From contig DASRWT010000044.1 in NCBI GenBank assembly GCA_035654455.1, forward strand, positions 10,926 through 74,925: a stretch of DNA of 64,000 nt, given 5' to 3'. Every line of letters starts with the position of its first letter. Within the stretch, counting starts at the first letter, position 1. This document shows positions 24,588 through 33,000 of the stretch, one piece after another. A program made the position numbers and the translations under genes. The notes beneath the pieces were generated by a model. It searched no databases. It was not told the origin of the DNA and saw only the letters and a list, made by a program, of their open reading frames with translations. This DNA comes from Candidatus Nitrosocosmicus sp. (GTDB lineage: Bacteria; Methylomirabilota; Methylomirabilia; Rokubacteriales; CSP1-6).

Positions 24588-25819
24588 GCGCACCGCTCTA
24601 CTACGGGTGGGTCGTCGTCGCCGGCGCCTTTCTGGTCCTCTTCCTCGCCTACGGCACCCAGTACGCGTTCGGCGTCTTCTTCGCCGCGCTGCTCGCCGAG
24701 TTCCACTGGTCGCGCGCCAGCCTCTCCGGCGCCTTCTCGCTCTATGCCTTCGTCTACAGCGCCTTCGGGCTCGTCGCGGGGCGCCTGACCGACCGCTGGG
24801 GACCGCGCGCGGTCATCGGCGGGGGCGGCGTGCTCCTCGGGGCCGGCCTCGCCGGCATGAGCCGGGTGGACGCATTGTGGCAACCGTATCTCCTCTACGG
24901 CGGTGTGGCCGCGCTCGGCATGTCCACCGCCTTCGTCCCCTGCAATGCCACCGTGGTGCGGTGGTTCGTGCGCCGCCGCGGCCTCGCGGTGGGGCTGGCC
25001 AGCGCGGGCGGCAGTCTCGGCACCTTCATCCTGCCTCCGGTCGCCCACTGGCTCGTGAGCGGGCTCGGCTGGAGGGGCGCCTATCTCGCCTTTGGCGCGG
25101 CGGTATTCATCGTGCTCAATGGCGTCGCGCTCCTGATGCGCCGCGATCCCGAATCCTTGGGCCTCCATCCAGACGGCGCCGCCCGTTCCACTTCCACGGA
25201 CGCCGAGGCCGCCGGCTGGCCGGTGCGCGCCGCCATGCGCACCCGCGCCTTCTGGATGCTCTTCTTCATCTTTGGCCTCACCTGGGTGTCGGTCTTCGTG
25301 CCGCTCGTACACCTGGTGCCGCTGGCGCGCGATCTCGGCGTGGATCCGCTCCGCGCGGCCACCCTCATCAGCGCGCTGGGCATTGCCGCGGTGGCGGGAC
25401 GCGTGACCATGGGATGGGTGTCGGATCGCACCGGCCGCCGTCCGATCCTCGCGGTGGGGCTGGCGCTGCAGGTCGCTTCCTTCGTGGGGCTCGCCTACGC
25501 GACGGGATTGTCCGCGCTCTACGCGGCCGCCCTGACCTTCGGGTTCTCCTACGGCACGATCTCGACCATCTTCCCCGCCATGGTGGCGGACTTCTTCGGC
25601 CGCGCCAATGCGGGGAGCCTGGTGGGGTTCCTCTTCGGGATTGCCGCACCCACGGCGGCCATCGGTCCGGTGGCGGCGGGCTGGATCTACGACCGCCAGG
25701 GCGGGTATGGCCTCGCCTGGTGGCTGAGCGCGGGCATCAACATGGTGGCGCTGGCCCTGCTCGGTTTCGCGCGGCCGCCGGGGCCGGCGCCGATTGACCG
25801 TCCCGCGCGCGCCCGCTAG
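24584..25819 (+). CDS. MFS transporter (oxalate/formate-antiporter-like)
   Basis: GTGA overlap with the upstream stop. 12 predicted TM helices; GRLTDRWGPR and DRTGRRP loops. Confidence 0.85.
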   Translation: MSAPLYYGWVVVAGAFLVLFLAYGTQYAFGVFFAALLAEFHWSRASLSGAFSLYAFVYSAFGLVAGRLTDRWGPRAVIGGGGVLLGAGLAGMSRVDALWQPYLLYGGVAALGMSTAFVPCNATVVRWFVRRRGLAVGLASAGGSLGTFILPPVAHWLVSGLGWRGAYLAFGAAVFIVLNGVALLMRRDPESLGLHPDGAARSTSTDAEAAGWPVRAAMRTRAFWMLFFIFGLTWVSVFVPLVHLVPLARDLGVDPLRAATLISALGIAAVAGRVTMGWVSDRTGRRPILAVGLALQVASFVGLAYATGLSALYAAALTFGFSYGTISTIFPAMVADFFGRANAGSLVGFLFGIAAPTAAIGPVAAGWIYDRQGGYGLAWWLSAGINMVALALLGFARPPGPAPIDRPARAR

Positions 25820-25884
25820 ACTGTCCCGGCCGCCGAGTTCCCCGCCGGGGAGACGGCGCCAACGAACGTCACCAGGGAGGCGCG

Positions 25885-27099
25885 ATGGCCGGGCTCAAGG
25901 ACAAGTACTGCATCGTCGGCGTCGGCGAAACCGAGTACAGCCGCGACTCGCGCCGGAGCACCCGCGCGATGGCGGTGGAGGCGATCCGGAAGGCGATGGA
26001 CGACGCCGGGCTCGCCGGCGCCCAGGTGGACGGGATGATGTCGTATCAGAGCGGCGACTCCACGCCGGCGCCCTGGATCTCCGGCGACCTCGGCATGCGG
26101 CTGAACTTCTACATGGACGTGTTCGGCGGCGGCTCGTCCACCGAGGCCCTGGTGGGGCTCGCCATCGGCGCCATCGAGGCGGGGATGTGCAACACGGTGG
26201 CGCTGTTCCGCTCGATGAACGGCTATTCCGACTTTCGCATCGGGGGCACGGGGGCGCGCGCGGCCCAGCCGGTGCGCGGGCTGGACCTGGCGCAGGTGCC
26301 CTTCGGCATGCGAAGCGCGGGCCAGAACTTCGCGCCCACCTTCATGCGACACATGTACGAATACGGCACCACCTCGGAGCAGGTGGCGGCGGTGCGCGTG
26401 GCCCACAGCAAGCACGCCTCCCAGAACCCCAAGGCCTTCCTCAAGGACCGCGTGACGGTGGCCGACGTGGTGGGCTCGCGCTGGATCGTGAAGCCGCTGC
26501 ATCTCCTCGACTGCTGCCTGGAGACGGACAATGCCACCGCGCTCATCGTCACCTCCGCCGAGCGCGCGCGCGACCTCAAGCGGAAGCCTGCCGTCATCAT
26601 GGGCGTGGCGGGCCGGGTCAACAAGCCGCGGCTGGACTTCCACTGGGCCCACGGCCCGATCAGCCGCGTGGCCGGCCACTACGCCAAGGAGGTCGTGTTC
26701 GGTCAGGCCGGCATCCGGCCGGAGGACGTGAACGTGACCGGCTCCTACGACGCCTTCACCTTCACCACCATGCTCCAGCTCGAGGAGTACGGCTTCTGCA
26801 AGAAGGGCGAGGGCGGGGCCTACGTCGCGAGCGGCATCATCGAGCTGGGCGGCAAGCGTCCCAACAACACCTCCGGCGGGCACCTCTGCGAGGGATACAC
26901 CCACGGGATGAGCATGGTCATCGAGAACGTGCGCCAGCTGCGCGGGACCGTGGACGACTACTGCCCGGGCGCGGCGGAGGGCAAGCACTCCTACGACTAC
27001 GCGAAGGGCAAGTGCCGGCAGGTCAAGGACCCGCGCATCACCATGAACCTCGGCTGGGCGATGCCGCCCACCGGCTCGGCCCTGATCCTCCACAACTGA
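25885..27099 (+). CDS. thiolase-fold protein (SCP-x / lipid-transfer type)
   Basis: IVGVGETEYSR N-terminus and NTSGGHLCEGYTHGM C-terminal motif. Confidence 0.85.
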   Translation: MAGLKDKYCIVGVGETEYSRDSRRSTRAMAVEAIRKAMDDAGLAGAQVDGMMSYQSGDSTPAPWISGDLGMRLNFYMDVFGGGSSTEALVGLAIGAIEAGMCNTVALFRSMNGYSDFRIGGTGARAAQPVRGLDLAQVPFGMRSAGQNFAPTFMRHMYEYGTTSEQVAAVRVAHSKHASQNPKAFLKDRVTVADVVGSRWIVKPLHLLDCCLETDNATALIVTSAERARDLKRKPAVIMGVAGRVNKPRLDFHWAHGPISRVAGHYAKEVVFGQAGIRPEDVNVTGSYDAFTFTTMLQLEEYGFCKKGEGGAYVASGIIELGGKRPNNTSGGHLCEGYTHGMSMVIENVRQLRGTVDDYCPGAAEGKHSYDYAKGKCRQVKDPRITMNLGWAMPPTGSALILHN

Positions 27100-27115
27100 G
27101 AGCGGAGACCACCCC

Positions 27116-27622
27116 ATGGCCAACGTGGAATACCGCGGCATGAACCTGGTGATCCCCGAGAACGACTCGGAGTGGCGAGAGCACTTCAAGCTGGCCCGCC
27201 AGCGCCGCAAGCTCGTCCTCCGCAAGTGCGCGAAGTGCGGGCTCATGCGCTATCCGCCCAGCCACGGCTGCCCCTGGTGCCCCTCGCAGGAATGGAGCTG
27301 GCAGGAGGTGTCGGGCGGCGGCCACATCTATTCCTATGAGGTGGTGCACCACGCCATCCAGCCCGGCTTCAAGGAGTGGACGCCCTACACGGTGGCCCTG
27401 GTGGAGCTGGACGAGCAGCGGGGCGCGCCCACCGCCGACGAGGCGCTCCGCATCATCGCCAACGTGGTCACGCGCGAGTTCCGCCCCGAGCCCGAGGCCA
27501 ATATCGCCATCGGCAAGCGGGTGCGGGTGGTCTTCCAGGAGATCGGAGAAGACTGGGCCCTGCCCCAGGTGAGCCTCACCGACGAGCCCCCGGTGGGCCG
27601 GGTGTGGAGCTTCCCCGGCTAG
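27116..27622 (+). CDS. Zn-ribbon + OB-fold protein (DUF35), usual partner of the thiolase
   Basis: CAKCG...CPWC ribbon followed by an OB-fold segment. Confidence 0.85.
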   Translation: MANVEYRGMNLVIPENDSEWREHFKLARQRRKLVLRKCAKCGLMRYPPSHGCPWCPSQEWSWQEVSGGGHIYSYEVVHHAIQPGFKEWTPYTVALVELDEQRGAPTADEALRIIANVVTREFRPEPEANIAIGKRVRVVFQEIGEDWALPQVSLTDEPPVGRVWSFPG

Positions 27623-27633
27623 CCAGTCGCGTC

Positions 27634-28158
27634 CTATCCGCGCGTGAGCCGCGCCACGATGCTCTCGAAGGCCTTGTCCGCCAGCGCACGCACCTCATCC
27701 CGGGTGAGCGTCTGGATGGGGTGCGGCACCATCACCGTCTCGTAGTCCAGCGCGCCCAGCGCAGAAGCCTGCGCGCGCGCCGCCCGCTGGAACTCCGTCG
27801 AGATGACGGTGGCGGTGGGTATCCCGTGATCCTCGAAGAAAACGCCGTCGTGCACACTGCACGTTGTGCAGGACCCTCAGTCGGCGAGGCCCTCGATGAG
27901 CACCTCCGTGTCCTCGAGGATCTTCTTGCGGAGATCCTCCGGCGCGGGGCGCGCGAAGGTGGGCTTCTTGAGGCGATGAATGGCCCGGGGCCGGTGCCGC
28001 TCGCGGAGGAGCTCCTCGACGCGGTCCAGCAGATGATCGCCCTTGGCCTTGGAGATGTCCAGCAGGGTGATCACCTTGCCGTCGAGGGAGTCGGGGCGCG
28101 GCGCGCGGCGCCGCGTCACCGCCACGGAATCGGTGGGATCCAGGAATTCTTCGCTCAT
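27634..28158 (-). CDS. UGSC-motif selenoprotein (174 aa; Sec encoded by TGA 27877..27879)
   Basis: ORFs 27877..28158 and 27634..27855 are in the same frame. Read-through gives ...VLIEGLAD-U-GSCTTCSVHDGVFFEDHGIP.... A SECIS-like hairpin lies directly 3' of the TGA. Confidence 0.75.
27847..27874 (-). promoter_or_regulatory. candidate bacterial SECIS stem-loop
   Basis: mRNA GUC(C)UGCACA-ACGUGCAG-UGUGCA(C)GAC begins 2 nt after the UGA. The apical loop contains GU. Confidence 0.5.
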
Positions 28159-28166
28159 AGCGCCTC

Positions 28167-29216
28167 CTAGTCGGCGTCGATCTTGCGATGCACCATCCGC
28201 GACATCTTGGGAAAGGTCCAGCCCGCCACCACCGCCGAGAAGCGGCCGGCGGTGCCGCCCGCCACCACGAACTTGAGGTTGGCCGGCTCACGGAATTTCG
28301 CCATCAGCGTCTCCTCGGTGGCGGGGGCGGCGAACTTGGCCAGCACGTGGGCGGGCAGCCCCTCCCCGCCGTCCACCCCCGGAATGAGGGCGCGCACCGG
28401 CTTGCGCAGCCGCTCCCAGAGGTAGGCGCGCATGCGGTCCCGATCCCACCCGTCCCCGGCGAGCAGGCGCGCGTGCTCGGGGGAGAGGACGATCAGCGTG
28501 TCCCCGTGATGGGTGGACTTGTGATGGGAGATCACCGCCAGCGAGTGGGTGAGGGTGATGAGGAGATCCTCACCCCGCCGGCTCAGGTGATCGTAGACGG
28601 TCTGCGGCGCCGCGCCCGCGAAGACGCTGATCACGCTCTCGCCGGGCGCGAAGCCCGCTTCCACCGAGAGCGGCGACCAGGGGCTCTCCTCCTCGTTCTC
28701 CGCGATGCAAAAGGTGAAGTAGCCCGGATGCGCCAGCGTGGACATGGTGATGCCGCCCGCGGCGGCCCCGCCCAGATTGCGCACGATGAGGCGGAGCGCG
28801 CGCCCGATGGTGGCATTGGCGCGGTGGCCGGGCCCGAAGACGCCCGCTCCCGCATTGAGGTCGAGGCGCTTGCGCACGGGCCCGTTCACGATGAACAGCG
28901 GCGCCACGCTATTGGTGGTGGCGGACACGCCGTGGAGGTCGAAAGCGTCGTCGCACATCGCGTCCACGCCCGCGATCACCACCGGCAGATACTCCGGCCG
29001 GCAGCCCGCCATCACCGCGTTGACCGCGATCTTCTCCACGGTGGCGCGGCCGAAGTTGGGCGGCACGAGGGCCACCAGCTCGTCGGCGGCGCGGCCGGTG
29101 GCGGCCACCGCCGCCGCCACCCGCTCGCGGGTGGGAGGCACCACCGGCAGCCCGTCGGTCACGCCCCGCGCGTGGAGCGTCTCGAACGGATCGTCGGCGG
29201 ACGCCATCGCGCTCAC
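28167..29216 (-). CDS. conserved-looking protein of unknown function (349 aa)
   Basis: Clean ORF 8 nt upstream of the selenoprotein gene. Motifs TDGLPVVPPT, AVNAVMAGCRPEY and HGVSATTNS. No family recognised. Confidence 0.75.
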   Translation of the reverse strand: MSAMASADDPFETLHARGVTDGLPVVPPTRERVAAAVAATGRAADELVALVPPNFGRATVEKIAVNAVMAGCRPEYLPVVIAGVDAMCDDAFDLHGVSATTNSVAPLFIVNGPVRKRLDLNAGAGVFGPGHRANATIGRALRLIVRNLGGAAAGGITMSTLAHPGYFTFCIAENEEESPWSPLSVEAGFAPGESVISVFAGAAPQTVYDHLSRRGEDLLITLTHSLAVISHHKSTHHGDTLIVLSPEHARLLAGDGWDRDRMRAYLWERLRKPVRALIPGVDGGEGLPAHVLAKFAAPATEETLMAKFREPANLKFVVAGGTAGRFSAVVAGWTFPKMSRMVHRKIDAD

Positions 29217-29220
29217 CGCA

Positions 29221-29868
29221 TCACGGCCGGCAGGCCTGGAAGCGCGCGTAGTCTCCCGCGGCCCGGCTCTTCGTATCGTCGGCGTCGGTGAGGACGGCGA
29301 TGCCCGCCGGCGCGGGGACCTCGGTCTCCTTGAAGCGCGCGCGGTAGTCCTCCAGCACGTTGACCCGCTCCTCCACCCACTGCCCCTTCGGGCTGGGGCC
29401 GCTGCGCAGCACCCGCGCCTGGGTCAACCCGGCGCTCGAGGTCAAGGACGTGCCCACCGGGACCGCCGCGCTCCAGACGTACTTGAGCGACTTGAGCGAC
29501 ACCGAGGAATGCGGCCACACCGCGTACACGGACAGCGCGCTGTCGTTGGTCTTGCTCTGGCGCTCGTCCGAGCCCTTCGGATGCTCCTGGAGGCGCCAGG
29601 CCCAGGTCAGCACCGGATAGGCGGCGAGATCCCATGGCTGCTCGCGCGCGGCCTGGATGCCGATGCCGTCGGACACCGCGGCGAGGAACCGGCGCCCGCC
29701 TTCCTCGCGCACCGTGTACACGCCGCGCCCGGAGTCCTTGCGGAGCTTCCAGCCGGCGGGGAACGCGCCCGGCGCGGCGCGCGAGAAGTCGTCCAGCACG
29801 ATGCAGTCGGCGGCGAACGCGATCCCGGGGGACAGGACCAGGGCGAGGGCGACGAGAAGTGTGCGCAT
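29221..29868 (-). CDS. secreted DUF3047-like protein
   Basis: Signal peptide MRTLLVALALVLSPGIAFA. Body recalled as DUF3047 (WKLRKDSGRGVYTV...YVWS). Confidence 0.7.
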   Translation of the reverse strand: MRTLLVALALVLSPGIAFAADCIVLDDFSRAAPGAFPAGWKLRKDSGRGVYTVREEGGRRFLAAVSDGIGIQAAREQPWDLAAYPVLTWAWRLQEHPKGSDERQSKTNDSALSVYAVWPHSSVSLKSLKYVWSAAVPVGTSLTSSAGLTQARVLRSGPSPKGQWVEERVNVLEDYRARFKETEVPAPAGIAVLTDADDTKSRAAGDYARFQACRP

Positions 29869-29885
29869 GCCTACAGCATGCCTGG

Positions 29886-31295
29886 CTACCGCCCGCGGCG
29901 CCACCACTGATGCACGAGCTGGTCCACCACCTGGACGAGCTGCGACACCGTGCGGCACTCCTTCACGATGTCGCACGAGGGCGAATACAGCGGCATCACG
30001 CTGTCGCCGATCCCCCAGCCCCACTGGCCCTCGGGATTGAGCCAGATGATCCCCTTCACGCGCTCCCGGATCTGACGAATGGCCCAGGCCTGGGGGTCGT
30101 TGTAGTTGTTGCGCGCGTCCCCCAGGATGAGCACGGTGGTCTTCCGGTCCAGCGAGTCCAGCTCGGTGCGGACGAAGCGGTTGAAGGCATAGCCGAAATC
30201 GGAGCGGCAGTGATAGTCCACCGGCGAGCCCTTGAGCGCCCACTCGATGGCGCGGTCCACCGGGAAGGTCTTGAAGGCCTGGCTGACCTCGGCGATCTCG
30301 GATACGAACACGTAGGAGCGCATCCGGGAGAAGCAGTCCTGGAGGCTCCACACCAGCTGGAGCATGAAGCGCGAGGCATTGCGCACCGAGTCTGACACGT
30401 CGCAGAGGGTGACGAGCTTGGGCTTTTCCCGGTGCCGGCGGCGGTAGCGCACCTCCATGGGAATGCCGCCATACTGCAGACTTTTCCTGATGGTCCGCCG
30501 CGAGTCGAGGCGCCCCTTCTCCTCCTGGCGCTGGCGGAGGGCGAGGGCGTCCTTGATCTTGCGGGCCAGCCGGGCCACCACCGCCTTCATCTGGGCCACC
30601 TCGTCCGGCGAGAGCGCGAACAGCGGCTTGTCGGTGAGGACCTCCCGGGTGAGCTTTTCGCCCTCCCGGAAGGCCCGCCGCTCGAGCTCGCGCTCCACGT
30701 GCTGCCGGATCATGCGCCGGAACGCCTCCAGGCGGAGATCGAGGTAGTTGCGGATGCGGGCGAGCTGGCCGGGATCGAGGCCCTGCGCCTCCAGCATCTG
30801 CATGATGCGGGACAGGTCCCGCTCGATGGCCTCCCAGTCGAACTTGTCGTAGATGCGCCGGGAGAAATAGCCGATCTGGAGGAAGTACATGAGCCGCTCG
30901 AGCCCGGCCCCCTGCCCCTGGCCGCGGATGGCCATCTCCATCTCGGCGCCCTCACCGCGGAGCATGAGCTCGGTCATGTCGTCCATCTCGAGCCCGTCCT
31001 GGGCCATGAGCTTGTCGAGCAGCTCGCGCATCTTCGGATCCTCGGGCCCCAGCGCCTTCTTGAGCCCGGCACCCAGCGCCTCGAGGTCCAGGAAGTAGAG
31101 GTCGAAGATGCGATCGAAGGTCGGCAGGTCGCGGGATTCCTTCACCAGCGTGGCGGCCAGCGCGGACTTGAAGGTCTCTCGCGTCTCCACGCCGATCTCG
31201 GCGGAGGCGGCGAGGGCGTCCAGCGCCTCGCTGGTGGAGATGCGCAGCTCCGCCCGGCGCAAGTCGCTGATGAACTCCAGAATTCTTTGGTCCAT
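29886..31295 (-). CDS. VWA-domain protein, CoxE-like
   Basis: N-terminal ISDLRRAELRISTSEALDA..., C-terminal VWA domain with LCDVSDS (MIDAS DxSxS) and TTVLILGDARNN. Confidence 0.85.
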   Translation of the reverse strand: MDQRILEFISDLRRAELRISTSEALDALAASAEIGVETRETFKSALAATLVKESRDLPTFDRIFDLYFLDLEALGAGLKKALGPEDPKMRELLDKLMAQDGLEMDDMTELMLRGEGAEMEMAIRGQGQGAGLERLMYFLQIGYFSRRIYDKFDWEAIERDLSRIMQMLEAQGLDPGQLARIRNYLDLRLEAFRRMIRQHVERELERRAFREGEKLTREVLTDKPLFALSPDEVAQMKAVVARLARKIKDALALRQRQEEKGRLDSRRTIRKSLQYGGIPMEVRYRRRHREKPKLVTLCDVSDSVRNASRFMLQLVWSLQDCFSRMRSYVFVSEIAEVSQAFKTFPVDRAIEWALKGSPVDYHCRSDFGYAFNRFVRTELDSLDRKTTVLILGDARNNYNDPQAWAIRQIRERVKGIIWLNPEGQWGWGIGDSVMPLYSPSCDIVKECRTVSQLVQVVDQLVHQWWRRGR

Positions 31296-31350
31296 CTAGT
31301 AGCCTGTGCGCGACCTACGACGGTCGGCGGTTGGGCCTCTTCGCCCTTTT

Positions 31351-31429
31351 GGGCTCATCGGGGCGTGGTCTCGATGGTGAGCACTCGCGCGTGGGGGCTC
31401 ATCGGGGCGTCGTTCCCATCGTGAGCACT
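31351..31429 (-). repeat. two 35-bp imperfect direct repeats (period 44 bp) in the spacer upstream of the CoxE-like gene
   Basis: 31351..31385 and 31395..31429 match at 30 of 35 positions. Reverse strand: AGTGCTCAC-N-ACGCCCCGATGAGCCC. Confidence 0.8.
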
Positions 31430-31430
31430 G

Positions 31431-31985
31431 TCATCGGGAGAAGGTCACCCAGGAGGACTTGAAGACGTCTTCGTTGCCGTCGCGGCTGATGGGATGGAGC
31501 CGGCCGTCCTCGAGCCGCAGGAGCCCGTGGAAGGAGCCGCGGCAGACGAGGTGGGTCATGCGGAACTTCCAGCCGAGCGAGCCGAGGGGCACCTCCTCGT
31601 CCTGCTCCACCGCGCGGGTCACGTCGGGAACGTCGCCCACCAGGTGCAGCACCCTCACCGGCCCCTCCGCGCAGCGCAGGCCGAGCACGACCTTGTAGGA
31701 CAGGCCCTGGCGGAACGTCTCCACCGTCATCTCGCCGGGATGCAGCAGGTGCGGCACCGCGTCCGGCATGGTGGCCCGGAAGAAGTCGCGCGGCGTCGGG
31801 TGCACGTAGTAGAAGTGCCAGCGGCCGGCGGCGGAGATCCAGAGCTTGGTGTACTCGCCCAGCGCGCCCGAGACGCAGCGACCGCCCTCGATGAGCACGG
31901 GCCCCGACGGCCCCAGTTCGGGGAGCCGGATGCGGGGCGAGGGAAACCACAGCTCGCGGAACTCGGAGAGGCCCGCCCAGTCCAT
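31431..31985 (-). CDS. hypothetical protein (184 aa)
   Basis: ATG 9 nt downstream of the MoxR stop. No family recognised. Confidence 0.6.
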   Translation of the reverse strand: MDWAGLSEFRELWFPSPRIRLPELGPSGPVLIEGGRCVSGALGEYTKLWISAAGRWHFYYVHPTPRDFFRATMPDAVPHLLHPGEMTVETFRQGLSYKVVLGLRCAEGPVRVLHLVGDVPDVTRAVEQDEEVPLGSLGWKFRMTHLVCRGSFHGLLRLEDGRLHPISRDGNEDVFKSSWVTFSR

Positions 31986-31994
31986 GACCGCCGC

Positions 31995-32915
31995 CTACTT
32001 GGCCGGCGCCTCGGCGAGCACCTTGTCCAGCGCGCCCCGCACCCGCTCGAGGTCCTTCTCGTGCTTGACGAGCATGGTGAGGGTGGACTCCACCAGCTCG
32101 CGGTCCATCGAGTCCGCGTTGAGGATCACCAGGGAGCGCGCCCAGTCGAGGCTCTCCGACACCGACGGCGCCTTCCGGAGCTCGAGGCCGCGGATCTTGT
32201 TCACCACTCCCACCACCGCCTGGGCCAGGCGCTCCGGGAGCTCCGGGACCTTGAGCCGGATGATGGCGAGCTCCTCGTCCGGAGGCGGGAAGTCGATGAA
32301 GAGGTGGAGGCACCGGCGCTTGAGGCCGTCGGACAGCTCACGCGCATTGTTCGAGGTGAGCACGACCAGCGGAATATTGGTGGCCTTGATGGTGCCGAGC
32401 TCGGGCACGGACACCTGGAAGTCCGAGAGGACCTCGAGCAGGAACGCCTCGAATTCCGGCTCCGCCTTGTCGATCTCGTCCACGAGCAGCACCACCGGAT
32501 CCTCCGACTCGATGGCCTGGAGCAGCGGCCGCGGAGAGAGAAAGCGGTGGGAGAAGAAGGCGTCGTCCTGACCGGAGATCTTGGCCACCGCGTCCGGCAG
32601 CGAGGGGGCGTCGGCGATCAGCTCGCCGATCCGATCGCGGAGGAGCTGGGTATAGAGGAGCTGCTTGGCGTACTTCCACTCGTAGAGCGCCTTGCCCTCG
32701 TCGAGCCCCTCGTAGCACTGGAGGCGGATGAGCCGTCGGTTCGTGATCTCGGCCAGTGTCTTGGCCAGCTCGGTCTTCCCCACGCCCGCGGGCCCCTCGA
32801 TGAGCACCGGCCGGCCCATCTTCGCCGCGAGATACACCACGGTGCAGATGCGCCGGTTGGCGATGTAGCGGGCGTTCTTGAAGCCTTGCTGAACATCCTC
32901 CACCGATCGGAACAT
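31995..32915 (-). CDS. MoxR-family AAA+ ATPase (CoxD-like)
   Basis: Walker A GPAGVGKT and Walker B LLVDEIDK. Start at MFRSVED preceded by AAGGAG. Confidence 0.9.
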   Translation of the reverse strand: MFRSVEDVQQGFKNARYIANRRICTVVYLAAKMGRPVLIEGPAGVGKTELAKTLAEITNRRLIRLQCYEGLDEGKALYEWKYAKQLLYTQLLRDRIGELIADAPSLPDAVAKISGQDDAFFSHRFLSPRPLLQAIESEDPVVLLVDEIDKAEPEFEAFLLEVLSDFQVSVPELGTIKATNIPLVVLTSNNARELSDGLKRRCLHLFIDFPPPDEELAIIRLKVPELPERLAQAVVGVVNKIRGLELRKAPSVSESLDWARSLVILNADSMDRELVESTLTMLVKHEKDLERVRGALDKVLAEAPAK

Positions 32916-33000
32916 GGCGGCTCCTTGGAATGAATTGGCGTTCATCCTAGCATTACGACGCGGGTTTGGCGAGCGGCCTGCGCGGTGGGACACTGAGGTT

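Noticed and set aside
27856-27879. Interpreting the split ORFs 27634..27855 and 27877..28158 as a nonsense-mutation pseudogene or as two separate small genes.
   Set aside because: The frame is continuous. The stop is TGA exactly in front of GSC, giving the UGSC motif. A SECIS-like hairpin follows, and the downstream ORF has no SD of its own. Selenocysteine recoding explains all of these observations better.
31351-31429. A CRISPR-like array.
   Set aside because: There are only two imperfect 35-bp copies with a 9-bp spacer and no cas genes. It is treated as a regulatory tandem repeat instead.
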